From: an uncultured Clostridia bacterium
Lineage (GTDB): Bacteria; Bacillota; Clostridia; Tissierellales; Dethiosulfatibacteraceae
Assembly (NCBI GenBank): GCA_964574015.1
Contig: CAZNLP010000001.1
Coordinates: 547-64,546 of the forward strand
Length of the DNA: 64,000 nt
Reading direction: 5' to 3'
Below, piece by piece: positions 31,073 through 39,771 of this stretch (its first letter is position 1; each line of letters begins with the position of its first letter). A model generated the notes under the pieces. The model ran no database searches. It saw nothing but the letters and a program-made list of their open reading frames with translations, and was not told where the DNA came from. The translations under genes were made by a program, and so were the position numbers.

Positions 31073-31606
31073 ATAATCAAGGACTTCATATACTCCAACT
31101 ACCATAAAAATTGCATAATTATCTACGTATACTCCTCTTCCATCACTTCTAGGTATAATTAATTGATGATTGCGTGGTATAGATTGATTTGCTTTTATGT
31201 CGACTCCAGCTGTAACATCTGATAAACCACCTTGGTCTGAAGTTATAGCATAAGCTGTTCCTGCCCTTAATATAATTTCAGAACCAGCCTCTAAAATTAT
31301 TTTTTGGTTTGCATTTAATTCGACTATTTCAAGATTGCTTGAAGAAACCTTTAAACTATTGATAGAACTATTTAGTTTATCAATCAATTCTGATTGTTCA
31401 TTAATTTTCGTCTCTAATTCTTCTATAATGATTGCCTGGGTACTTGTAGTTTCCTCAAAGCTAGTATTAAATTCATCTAATCTATAATCAAGATAACTTA
31501 AAGTTATCAAAGGATCATCATTATTAGTAGAATCTGAAGAAAATCCAATAATCGGATACAAAATTATTGTAGATAGAATTAAAATTATAATAATTTTATT
31601 TTTCAA
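31070..31606 (-). CDS. Hypothetical N-terminally anchored or secreted protein with a coiled-coil stalk and a beta-rich C-terminal domain
   Basis: The 178-aa ORF has an RBS-like GGAGTGAG upstream on the - strand and its own divergent promoter region. It has a hydrophobic N-terminus (IIIILILSTIILYPIIGF), a heptad-like segment (IEELETKINEQSELIDKLNSSINSLK) and a C-terminus LEAGSEIILRAGTAYAI...IIPRSDGRGVYV. I recognise no family. Confidence 0.55.
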   Translation of the reverse strand: MKNKIIIILILSTIILYPIIGFSSDSTNNDDPLITLSYLDYRLDEFNTSFEETTSTQAIIIEELETKINEQSELIDKLNSSINSLKVSSSNLEIVELNANQKIILEAGSEIILRAGTAYAITSDQGGLSDVTAGVDIKANQSIPRNHQLIIPRSDGRGVYVDNYAIFMVVGVYEVLDY

Positions 31607-31743
31607 AATCTCACTCCTTTAAATTAATATTGTTACTATTTTAAAATATAAATTAATAATTATCAATGAAAATATTATAGAATTTTGATTAATATCATGA
31701 TAACATATAATTTGGTATATTTAATATCAAAAAGGAGCCTATT

Positions 31744-33855
31744 ATGAATGTGAAGAAAATTATAATTATCATTTTATTATTGAGTTTAATTTTTACATTT
31801 AAACCATTAATCGAAAGATACAATATAGAAGATGAATATAAAAATATAGAAATGGTTTTAGATTATGAAGAAGTTAATAAACTTGCTGAGTTTTCTGAAG
31901 AAACTACTTTGTCATGGTTAAATTACTTTCAAAGTAATAAAGCTACAAAAGTAAGTATACAGGAAGAATCCTTAGATAGTTTAATTAAATCTGGAAAAGA
32001 TTTGGATGCTCGATTAGTGTATAATGTATCAAGAGATTTTAATACAATGAAAGATCTGCCGGAAGAAATCGTTAAGGATATTGACAGTAAGAGTATTGGT
32101 CAATACGACATGCTAATTAGCTTATATAACGATGAAATATTTGACTTTGTGTTAAATGGACTTAAAGAAAGATATGATAATAATTTTTATAAAACATACA
32201 ACAATAATGATAATAAATACATAATCCTTAAAGGTAGTGTCAAAGAATTGCTTCTAAAAGAAACCGAAAAATACTTAGATTACACTGGAGAACCTTATAT
32301 AGAAAACCAGGATTATTACAGTTCTAAAATTCGTTATATAGGAATCGGATATGATGAAATGAAAATATCTAAGGTTCATGAAAGCGGTATGGATTTATTA
32401 TTAAGACCTATAAACTATATGCCATACTCAGAAGGTCTTGCGAAAAATTATATAGATAAAGCAAAGGAGTATAATGTTTCTGAAGACTTTATTATATTTC
32501 AAGGAAAATCTATCTTAGGATATCCTGATGGATACCAAATTTTAATGGATTATATCCAAAAAAAAGAAATACTACCAGTATTAATAGAAACTGCAGTACA
32601 AAGAAGTCATATTGAACAGGATGGAATTAATAATTTGATATACGACTTAGATTTCAACGGAGTAAGAGGTTTTTCTATATGGGATTATATTAGAGAGAGA
32701 TATGGTGAATATAGTTATAGTGGACCGGAAGAAATAGAAAATTCTATTTATAGAGCTGTAACAGAGAGAAATGTTAGATTGATATATTTCAAACCATATA
32801 TGACAGAAAAAAATGTTTATCTTACAGATAAAGATGAATATGATGAATCTTTTGAAAGATTGTATTCAAGACTTAATGAACATGACATTAAAGTTAATAA
32901 TGTTAAAGAAATAGAAAAAAACAACCTTTCAATCATCATTCTGTTCATAATGTTTATAAATGTAATAATTATAGGATTATACTTGTTAAAGAACAATTTT
33001 AAAATTCCAGACAGGTACAATTTAATTTTAGGCTTACTTGGTTTAGTTATGTCGGGATTACTATTAATTTATAGTAAATCAATAGCTGAAAAAATATTTT
33101 CTTTAGGTGCTTCAATAGTTTATGCAGGATTTGGTATTAATTATATGCTTTTAAAATTAAAAGAAGCTGAAGGCTTAAAAGGAAAAACTCTGATTATTCA
33201 CAGTATGAAAACTTTAACGATAGTTTTTGTAGTTTCAATAATAGGAGGATTAATAACAGCCTCATATTTAAGTCAAACTAAATATATTTTAGAAGTAGAT
33301 ATATTTAGAGGAGTTAAGTTGAGTCAACTCGTACCAATACTTGTTTTCATAATTTTTTATATCCAAAAATTGTTAAATAGAGAAAATAACTTACAAATCT
33401 ACAAAGAAATATTAAACAACAACATTAAAATATATTATGGAATTATTTTACTTATAATTGGAGGGATTGGGTTTTATTATATAGCAAGAACTGGTCATGA
33501 AACAGATATCGAGCCATTACAAATAGAAATGATATTTAGGAATTTTTTAGAAAGCAATTTATTGGCTAGACCAAGAACTAAAGAATTTATGTTTGCAGCA
33601 CCATCTCTTGCAGCAGCATTATTTTTTAAAAGTCGAAAAAATGAAATTCTTACCTTTATTTTTTCTTTAGGGGCTGTAACAGGCATAACTTCATTTATAA
33701 ATACATTTACGCATTTAAGAACACCTTTATATCTATCAATATTAAGAAGCATATACTCTATCGGATTTAGTTTGATAATAGCCCTTATTATTGTAGGAGT
33801 ACTCTTACTATTTGAAAGATTATTAACATTTCTAAAGGAGAAGGCATATGTGTAA
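31744..33855 (+). CDS. Large polytopic membrane protein, DUF5693-like (function unknown)
   Basis: 703 aa. It has an N-terminal TM anchor, a soluble domain of about 380 aa, and roughly eight or more hydrophobic helices over the last ~310 aa. It has an 8-nt overlap with csaB. The DUF5693 assignment is recalled from the csaB neighbourhood in Firmicutes. Confidence 0.65.
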   Translation: MNVKKIIIIILLLSLIFTFKPLIERYNIEDEYKNIEMVLDYEEVNKLAEFSEETTLSWLNYFQSNKATKVSIQEESLDSLIKSGKDLDARLVYNVSRDFNTMKDLPEEIVKDIDSKSIGQYDMLISLYNDEIFDFVLNGLKERYDNNFYKTYNNNDNKYIILKGSVKELLLKETEKYLDYTGEPYIENQDYYSSKIRYIGIGYDEMKISKVHESGMDLLLRPINYMPYSEGLAKNYIDKAKEYNVSEDFIIFQGKSILGYPDGYQILMDYIQKKEILPVLIETAVQRSHIEQDGINNLIYDLDFNGVRGFSIWDYIRERYGEYSYSGPEEIENSIYRAVTERNVRLIYFKPYMTEKNVYLTDKDEYDESFERLYSRLNEHDIKVNNVKEIEKNNLSIIILFIMFINVIIIGLYLLKNNFKIPDRYNLILGLLGLVMSGLLLIYSKSIAEKIFSLGASIVYAGFGINYMLLKLKEAEGLKGKTLIIHSMKTLTIVFVVSIIGGLITASYLSQTKYILEVDIFRGVKLSQLVPILVFIIFYIQKLLNRENNLQIYKEILNNNIKIYYGIILLIIGGIGFYYIARTGHETDIEPLQIEMIFRNFLESNLLARPRTKEFMFAAPSLAAALFFKSRKNEILTFIFSLGAVTGITSFINTFTHLRTPLYLSILRSIYSIGFSLIIALIIVGVLLLFERLLTFLKEKAYV

Positions 33856-34900
33856 AATTCTACTTGCAGGTTATTACGGATTCAACAATATTGGGGATGA
33901 AGCTATATTAGAAATGTTTCTTAAAATTTTAGAAAAAAAAGTAGATAAAAAAAATATAAGAATATTGACAGCAGATCCAGATAAAACTGAAAAAAAGTTT
34001 AATATAAAAGGTATAGATAGATATAGTTTTGTAAAAGTTAATAAGGCTATTAAAGAAGCAGATGTAGTTTTAGTTGGAGGGGGAAGTCTGCTCCAAGATG
34101 TTACAAGTAAAAAAAGCATATACTATTATCTCTACATTATATATATTTCGAAATTATTAAATAAAAAAATAGCTTTACTTAGTCAAGGGATAGGACCTAT
34201 AAATGGAAAAATTAATAAGATTGTAGCATCAAAAGTACTAAAAAAAGTAGATTACATATCTGTTAGAGATAAAAATTCACTAGAAGAGTTAAGAAAAATA
34301 GGGTTAGATAAAAAAGACATTATGCTTGCAGCAGATCCTGTTATTAATTATAAGTCTAATTTTAAATCAAAAAATAAAAATAGGATAAACATAGGTTTTT
34401 CACTGAGAGAATGGCAGGAAAGCAATATTATAAACTTAATAAATAGATTAATATCTTCTTTCGATGAAAAAAAATATGAATTTACATTTATTCCTTTCCA
34501 CTATGATGAAGATGTAAGAATATTAGAAAATGTAAACTGTAATGGAAGAAACTGTAATATTATACGAGATAGAAAGAGAATTGATGAAGTATATGAAATT
34601 ATTTCTAACTTAGATCTTATGGTAGGGGTAAGATTACACTCCTTAATTTTTGCTGCTGCAGCTAAAATACCAGTAATTGGTATATCATATGATCCTAAAG
34701 TAGAAAATTTTCTAAAAAGTATAGGAGAAAAAAACATTTTTCATATTAATGATATTAACGAAAAAGAACTTTACAACGAAATCATACATAAATTAGAAAG
34801 TAAAAATTTAGATATTTTAAAAATTGAAGAACTTAAAGTAACGGAAAAAAATAATATTAATATAATTGATGAATTAATTAAAGGGTGTAGTAATGGATAA
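33848..34900 (+). CDS. csaB: Polysaccharide pyruvyl transferase CsaB
   Basis: ILLAGYYGFNNIGDEAILE, VGGGSLLQDVTS, RLHSLIFAA....P..GISYDPKV are typical CsaB motifs. Confidence 0.88.
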   Translation: MCKILLAGYYGFNNIGDEAILEMFLKILEKKVDKKNIRILTADPDKTEKKFNIKGIDRYSFVKVNKAIKEADVVLVGGGSLLQDVTSKKSIYYYLYIIYISKLLNKKIALLSQGIGPINGKINKIVASKVLKKVDYISVRDKNSLEELRKIGLDKKDIMLAADPVINYKSNFKSKNKNRINIGFSLREWQESNIINLINRLISSFDEKKYEFTFIPFHYDEDVRILENVNCNGRNCNIIRDRKRIDEVYEIISNLDLMVGVRLHSLIFAAAAKIPVIGISYDPKVENFLKSIGEKNIFHINDINEKELYNEIIHKLESKNLDILKIEELKVTEKNNINIIDELIKGCSNG

Positions 34901-35642
34901 ATTATCGATTTTGGGAGTTAAGGTAAATAAACTCAGTTTTAAAGAAGTAGTAATGGAATTAGAAAAAAGCATAGAAAAAAGTAAAAAAATAAAAGTTTTT
35001 ACTCCAAATACTGAAATTGTAATGCTATGTCAAAAGGATACAGAGTTGAAAAAAATTATAAATTCTGGAGACATAGTAACTCCAGACGGTATCGGGTTAC
35101 TATATGCAGCTAAAATAAAAGGGTTTAATTTAAAAGAAAGAGTAACAGGATATGACATTTCATTAAGTTTATTAGAGATGTCAAAGAAAAAAGATATAAA
35201 TATTTTTTTGTTAGGCGGAAAAAAAGGAGTAGCAAAAAATGCAAAAGAAAAATTGAATAATGAAGGATATAAAAATGTTATTGGGGAGCATCACGGTTAT
35301 TTTTTTAATGAAGAAAGATATGAAGAAATTGAAAATAAAATTATAAAAGAAATAAACAATCTCAATACAAAAATACTTTTTGTTGGATTTGGATCTCCTA
35401 AGCAAGAAAAATGGATAAATAAAAATATAAGTAAATTAAATTGCAATATAATAATAGGAAATGGTGGTACCATTGATGTTTTATCGGGAGAGGTTAAAAG
35501 ATCTCCAAAGATATATCAGAGATTAGGACTCGAATGGTTGTATAGACTTGTTAAGAACCCAAAAAGAATAAAAAGGCAAATATCTATACCGAAATTTCTG
35601 ATAAAAGTTATTTTAGATAAAAATAGTGTGAAAAATTCATAA
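34893..35642 (+). CDS. tagA: WecB/TagA/CpsF-family glycosyltransferase (N-acetylmannosaminyltransferase-like)
   Basis: TPNTEIVM, VTPDGIGLLYAAK, FLLGGKKGVA, VGFGSPKQEKW, GLEWLYRL..PKR. Confidence 0.85.
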   Translation: MDKLSILGVKVNKLSFKEVVMELEKSIEKSKKIKVFTPNTEIVMLCQKDTELKKIINSGDIVTPDGIGLLYAAKIKGFNLKERVTGYDISLSLLEMSKKKDINIFLLGGKKGVAKNAKEKLNNEGYKNVIGEHHGYFFNEERYEEIENKIIKEINNLNTKILFVGFGSPKQEKWINKNISKLNCNIIIGNGGTIDVLSGEVKRSPKIYQRLGLEWLYRLVKNPKRIKRQISIPKFLIKVILDKNSVKNS

Positions 35643-35714
35643 AAAACTATTTAAAAAAATCCTGAAACACTGTAAAATAAAAGTAAGTAATAAAAGAAGG
35701 TATAAGGAGAACAG

Positions 35715-36401
35715 ATGATTGAATTCAGAGACGTGTCAAAAATATATAAGAATAAATTCACAGCAGTTGAAAATATAAATTTAAAAATAGAAGAGGGGAG
35801 TTTTTCTTTTATAGTAGGAAAAAGTGGAGCAGGGAAAACTACATTAATAAAATTATTAATAAAAGAAGTTGAACCAACTAACGGAATAATAATATTTAAT
35901 AAAGAAGATATAACAACTCTCAATAATAGATTAATACCTATACACAGAAGAAAAATAGGAGTGATATTCCAGGATTTTAGACTTTTAGAAAACAAAACAG
36001 TATACGAAAACATTGCTTTTGCAATGGAAGTTGTAGGACATAATTCAAGAACTATTAGAAGAGAAATACCTACCGTACTTAGTATGGTAGGCTTAAGTGA
36101 TAAGGCAAATAATTACCCTAATGAATTGGCGGGTGGAGAACAGCAAAGAATAGCAATAGCAAGGGCAGTAGCAAATAAACCTAAGGTAATAATTGCTGAT
36201 GAACCTACAGGAAATTTAGACCCAGAAACATCTTTTGAAATCATGAAAATATTTAAAGAAATTAATAAAAGAGGTACCACCCTTATAATGGCTACTCACG
36301 ATAGAGATATTGTAGATATTATGAAGAAAAGAGTAATTGAGCTTAAAAACGGAAAAATAATTAGGGACACAAAAGAGGGAGAGTACTACAATGTTTTCTA
36401 A
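35715..36401 (+). CDS. ftsE: Cell division ATP-binding protein FtsE
   Basis: MIEFRDVSKIY, Walker A GKSGAGKTT, ABC signature LAGGEQQRIAIARA, Walker B IIADEPTGNLD. Confidence 0.95.
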   Translation: MIEFRDVSKIYKNKFTAVENINLKIEEGSFSFIVGKSGAGKTTLIKLLIKEVEPTNGIIIFNKEDITTLNNRLIPIHRRKIGVIFQDFRLLENKTVYENIAFAMEVVGHNSRTIRREIPTVLSMVGLSDKANNYPNELAGGEQQRIAIARAVANKPKVIIADEPTGNLDPETSFEIMKIFKEINKRGTTLIMATHDRDIVDIMKKRVIELKNGKIIRDTKEGEYYNVF

Positions 36402-37287
36402 GATAATCAAAAACACATTTAAACAAGGATTTCAAGGGATATTAAGAAATCGTACAATGAGTTTAGCCTCAATAGGATCTGTAGCAGCTGTACTAATTAT
36501 ATTAGGAATGATTTTACTTTTAATATTAAATATAAATGCATTAACTTTAAATGCTCAAGAGAAATTTGATCAAATATACATCTATCTTGAAGACGATATG
36601 ACTGGTGAACAAATTGAGGATATAGGCAACAACATAAAAGAATTCGATGGTGTTCTATCGGTTATTTATCAATCAAAAGAATATGCTTTGAATAAGATGA
36701 AGGAAGATTGGGGAGAGGATGGAGATTTACTGGAAGGATTTACTAGGAATCCACTACCTAATACCTATGTAGTTCAACTAGAAGATGTTAGTTATTCAGA
36801 AGATACTTTATCAAAAGTTAACAATCTTAATGGAATAGAAGAAATTAAATACTATAAAGAAGCTGTTGATATGCTTATAAATACTTCAAGTTATGTACAG
36901 CTAATAGGAACAGTTTTAATAATTATACTGTTATTAATAAGTGTTTTTATAATTCAAAACACTATAAAAATAACAGTTGCTTCAAGAAGAACAGAAATTA
37001 AACTTATGCAGTATATAGGAGCATCAAATGGATATGTTAGAGGACCTTTTATATTTGAGGGCTTGCTTTTAGGCTTGTTAGGCTCTATAATAGCTACAAT
37101 AGTAGTATTAAATAGTTATGATTATTTAGTAGGATATGGAAATCAAAAATTAGCACCATTACTATCCTTTCAATTTATTCCTGCAACAACTATATCTTCA
37201 GATATTTTAATTATTTTTGTAACTATAGGAATAGGAATAGGAGTTTTAGGCAGCATAGTTTCTTTAAAAAAATTCTTGAATGCTTAG
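36391..37287 (+). CDS. ftsX: Cell division permease-like protein FtsX
   Basis: Four-TM FtsX topology with a large first extracellular loop. Conserved R.EI.LM.YIGA...I..PF..EG. Overlaps ftsE. Confidence 0.9.
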   Translation: MFSKIIKNTFKQGFQGILRNRTMSLASIGSVAAVLIILGMILLLILNINALTLNAQEKFDQIYIYLEDDMTGEQIEDIGNNIKEFDGVLSVIYQSKEYALNKMKEDWGEDGDLLEGFTRNPLPNTYVVQLEDVSYSEDTLSKVNNLNGIEEIKYYKEAVDMLINTSSYVQLIGTVLIIILLLISVFIIQNTIKITVASRRTEIKLMQYIGASNGYVRGPFIFEGLLLGLLGSIIATIVVLNSYDYLVGYGNQKLAPLLSFQFIPATTISSDILIIFVTIGIGIGVLGSIVSLKKFLNA

Positions 37288-37296
37288 GAGGTAAAA

Positions 37297-38421
37297 ATGA
37301 AAAAATTAAAAATAGCATTAGTTATAATAGTTATTATATCAATTTTTACAGTATCAGCAGGAGCTTCTAAAATAGACGAATTAAAAAATAGTCTAGAAGA
37401 AACTAAGCAGCAGCGAGAAAGCATATTAAATAAACTTAATAAAGAGAAACAGGAAAAGAACTCTGTGGCTAGTGAGATTAATAGACTTGATAGCGAAATT
37501 AGAAATATAAATGCAGAGATAAATGAACTTAGCTCAAATATTGAAAACATGAACAGCAATATTAAGGAATGTGAGAATAATATTACTCAACTTGAGGATG
37601 AGATTAATTTAAAAACTGAACTTTTAGAAAAAAGAGTAAGAGTAATGTATAAAAAAGGTGGCTCATTAGGCTATGTTGAGGTTTTGTTTGATGCTGAAGA
37701 TTTAGGTGATTTTTTAACAAGATTAGATATGATTCAAAAAATTGTAGATAATGATGTTGAACTATTAAGTGGATTAGAAGCTGAAAACAATGAACTTAAC
37801 ATGTTAAAAGCCGAGCTTGAAAATGAAAAATCTCAACTTGCAAATGCTTTAAATGATGTTGAAGTTAAAAAGGAAGAAATTGTAGTTGTGAGTAGAAGTA
37901 AAGAAGATTACATGAGAAGTTTAGAGCAAAACATAGAAGAGTTAAAAGCTCAGGAAGATAGATTGCTGGCAGATTCAAAAAGATTAGAAGACGAAATACA
38001 TAAAACACAATTGGAAATTGAATATGCCGGAGGAGTAATGGCTTGGCCTTCTCCTGGTTACTATAGAGTGACCTCTCCATATGGTATGAGACTTCATCCT
38101 ATATATGGATATTCAAAAATGCATACAGGTGTTGACGTTGGAGTAGCTATGAACCAAAATATTGTTGCATCGAATGATGGGGTTGTACAATATGCAGGAT
38201 GGTATGGAGCATATGGAAATATTGTTATAGTTGACCATGGTGGAGGGATATCCACATTATATGCTCATAACACAAGTGTTTTGGTTTCAAAGGGACAAAA
38301 TGTTTCAAAGGGACAGGTTATTTCTAAATCCGGTACAACAGGTCTTTCTACAGGACCACACTTGCATTTTGAAGTAAGAATAAATGGAGTTCATACTAAC
38401 CCTATGGAATACATAAAATAG
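37297..38421 (+). CDS. Coiled-coil M23 (LytM) peptidoglycan hydrolase or activator, EnvC/PcsB-like partner of FtsEX
   Basis: Signal peptide, about 230 aa of coiled coil, and a C-terminal M23 domain (HTGVDVG, GNIVIVDHGGGISTLYAH, GPHLHFEVR). Confidence 0.88.
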   Translation: MKKLKIALVIIVIISIFTVSAGASKIDELKNSLEETKQQRESILNKLNKEKQEKNSVASEINRLDSEIRNINAEINELSSNIENMNSNIKECENNITQLEDEINLKTELLEKRVRVMYKKGGSLGYVEVLFDAEDLGDFLTRLDMIQKIVDNDVELLSGLEAENNELNMLKAELENEKSQLANALNDVEVKKEEIVVVSRSKEDYMRSLEQNIEELKAQEDRLLADSKRLEDEIHKTQLEIEYAGGVMAWPSPGYYRVTSPYGMRLHPIYGYSKMHTGVDVGVAMNQNIVASNDGVVQYAGWYGAYGNIVIVDHGGGISTLYAHNTSVLVSKGQNVSKGQVISKSGTTGLSTGPHLHFEVRINGVHTNPMEYIK

Positions 38422-38424
38422 TAA

Positions 38425-38452
38425 TTGACAAATATTTATAATCTGATATACT
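38425..38452 (+). promoter_or_regulatory. SigA-type promoter of infC-rpmI-rplT (TTGACA-16 nt-TATACT)
   Basis: TTGACA at 38425-38430 and TATACT at 38447-38452. Confidence 0.5.
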
Positions 38453-38457
38453 ATAAT

Positions 38458-38585
38458 AGTTAATAAAGTAGAAGTATCCGCTTCTCACCTTGCAACAAGA
38501 GTTAGTAAGGTTAATATTTACTACATTTATAAAGATAAGTGTAGTATACCTTGAAGATGGCGGATATTGCTGTCTTTTTTTATTA
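38458..38585 (+). promoter_or_regulatory. L20-leader-type attenuator upstream of infC
   Basis: The ~150-nt leader is structured, with hairpin TACTACA...TGTAGTA and repeated ACCTTG segments. It ends in a hairpin GATGGC-GGATATT-GCTGTC followed by T7 (about 38554-38582). This matches the L20-controlled attenuation arrangement described for B. subtilis infC. Confidence 0.55.
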
Positions 38586-38602
38586 CATTAGGAGGTGTAA
38601 TT

Positions 38603-39115
38603 ATTAAAGAACTTAAAATCAATGAAGAGATTCGTGATAAAAAAGTAAGGGTAATAGACCAAGAAGGAAACCAATTAGGAATATTACCTATTGAAGAAGC
38701 CCAAAAATTAGCAATAGAAAAAGGTTTGGATTTGGCAGAAGTAGCACCAAATGGAAAGCCACCTGTTTGTAGAATCATGGACTATGGTAAATATAAGTAC
38801 GATCAACAGAAAAAAGAAAAAGAAGCTAAAAAGAAGCAACAGGTAATAAAAGTAAAGGAAATAAGACTTTCTCCAAAAATTGAAGACCATGACTTAGGAT
38901 ATAAAGCTAAACACGCAATAGAATTTTTGCAAAATGGAGATAGAGTTAAAGTTTCTGTAAGATTTAGAGGTAGAGAAATGGGTCATACAGAAATGGGTAG
39001 AGAAGTGCTAGAAAAATTTGCTAAAGAAACTGAAGAGTATTCAATCATTGATAAAAGACCTAAAATGGAAGGCAGACAAATGATTATGTTTTTGAACCCA
39101 AAAACAGATAATTAG
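38603..39115 (+). CDS. infC: Translation initiation factor IF-3, probable non-AUG (AUU) start
   Basis: [27 protein letters not shown]..., LAEV.....[19 protein letters not shown] lies at 38591-38595. In-frame ATT codons occur at 38600 and 38603. No ATG, GTG or TTG is correctly spaced. Confidence 0.88.
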   Translation: MKELKINEEIRDKKVRVIDQEGNQLGILPIEEAQKLAIEKGLDLAEVAPNGKPPVCRIMDYGKYKYDQQKKEKEAKKKQQVIKVKEIRLSPKIEDHDLGYKAKHAIEFLQNGDRVKVSVRFRGREMGHTEMGREVLEKFAKETEEYSIIDKRPKMEGRQMIMFLNPKTDN

Positions 39116-39129
39116 AAGGAGGACTAAAA

Positions 39130-39327
39130 ATGCCAAAATTGAAAACAAAAAGATCAGCAGCAAAGAGATTCAAAAAAACTGCAACTGGAAAAATAAAAAG
39201 ATCAAAAGCATATAAAGGACATAATACAGGTAAAAAAGCTCCAAAGAGAGTAAGAAACTTGAGAAAAAGCACATTGGTATCTGAGGGAGACCAAAAAAGA
39301 GTTGAAAAATTAATACCATACAAATAG
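39130..39327 (+). CDS. rpmI: 50S ribosomal protein L35
   Basis: [24 protein letters not shown]... is typical L35. Confidence 0.97.
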   Translation: MPKLKTKRSAAKRFKKTATGKIKRSKAYKGHNTGKKAPKRVRNLRKSTLVSEGDQKRVEKLIPYK

Positions 39328-39342
39328 TGAGGAGAATTAAAA

Positions 39343-39687
39343 ATGGCTAGAGTAAAAAAAGCTTTAAATGCAAAAAAGAACCATAAGAAAATATTAAAAT
39401 TAGCAAAAGGATACTATGGAGCAAAAAGTAAACAATTTAAAACTGCAAACCAAGCGGTAATGAAATCCTTATCCTATGCGTATACTGGAAGAAAATTAAG
39501 AAAAAGAGAACTAAGAAAATTATGGATAACTAGAATTAATGCAGCTGCAAGAATTCACGGAATGTCATACAGTAGATTTATAAATGCTTTAAAGCAAAAT
39601 AATATTGAAATAAATAGAAAAATGCTATCAGAAATGGCTGTAAATGATCCAGATGGATTCAAAAATTTAATTGAATCAGTGAAATAA
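39343..39687 (+). CDS. rplT: 50S ribosomal protein L20
   Basis: [30 protein letters not shown]...RKLWI.RINAA is typical L20. Confidence 0.97.
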   Translation: MARVKKALNAKKNHKKILKLAKGYYGAKSKQFKTANQAVMKSLSYAYTGRKLRKRELRKLWITRINAAARIHGMSYSRFINALKQNNIEINRKMLSEMAVNDPDGFKNLIESVK

Positions 39688-39690
39688 TTC

Positions 39691-39720
39691 GAGACTGTCA
39701 TTGACAGTCTTTTTTCTTTT
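39691..39720 (+). terminator. Rho-independent terminator after rplT
   Basis: AGACTGTCA-T-TGACAGTCT followed by TTTTTCTTTT. Confidence 0.85.
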
Positions 39721-39771
39721 AAATTAAATAATATAATGCTATAATAATGAGTGAACATTTAGGAGGACTTT

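Noticed and set aside
38567-38599. TTG start for infC proposed by the ORF track.
   Set aside because: It has no SD and lies within the leader terminator hairpin. The residues it adds (MLSFFITLGGV) are not IF-3-like.
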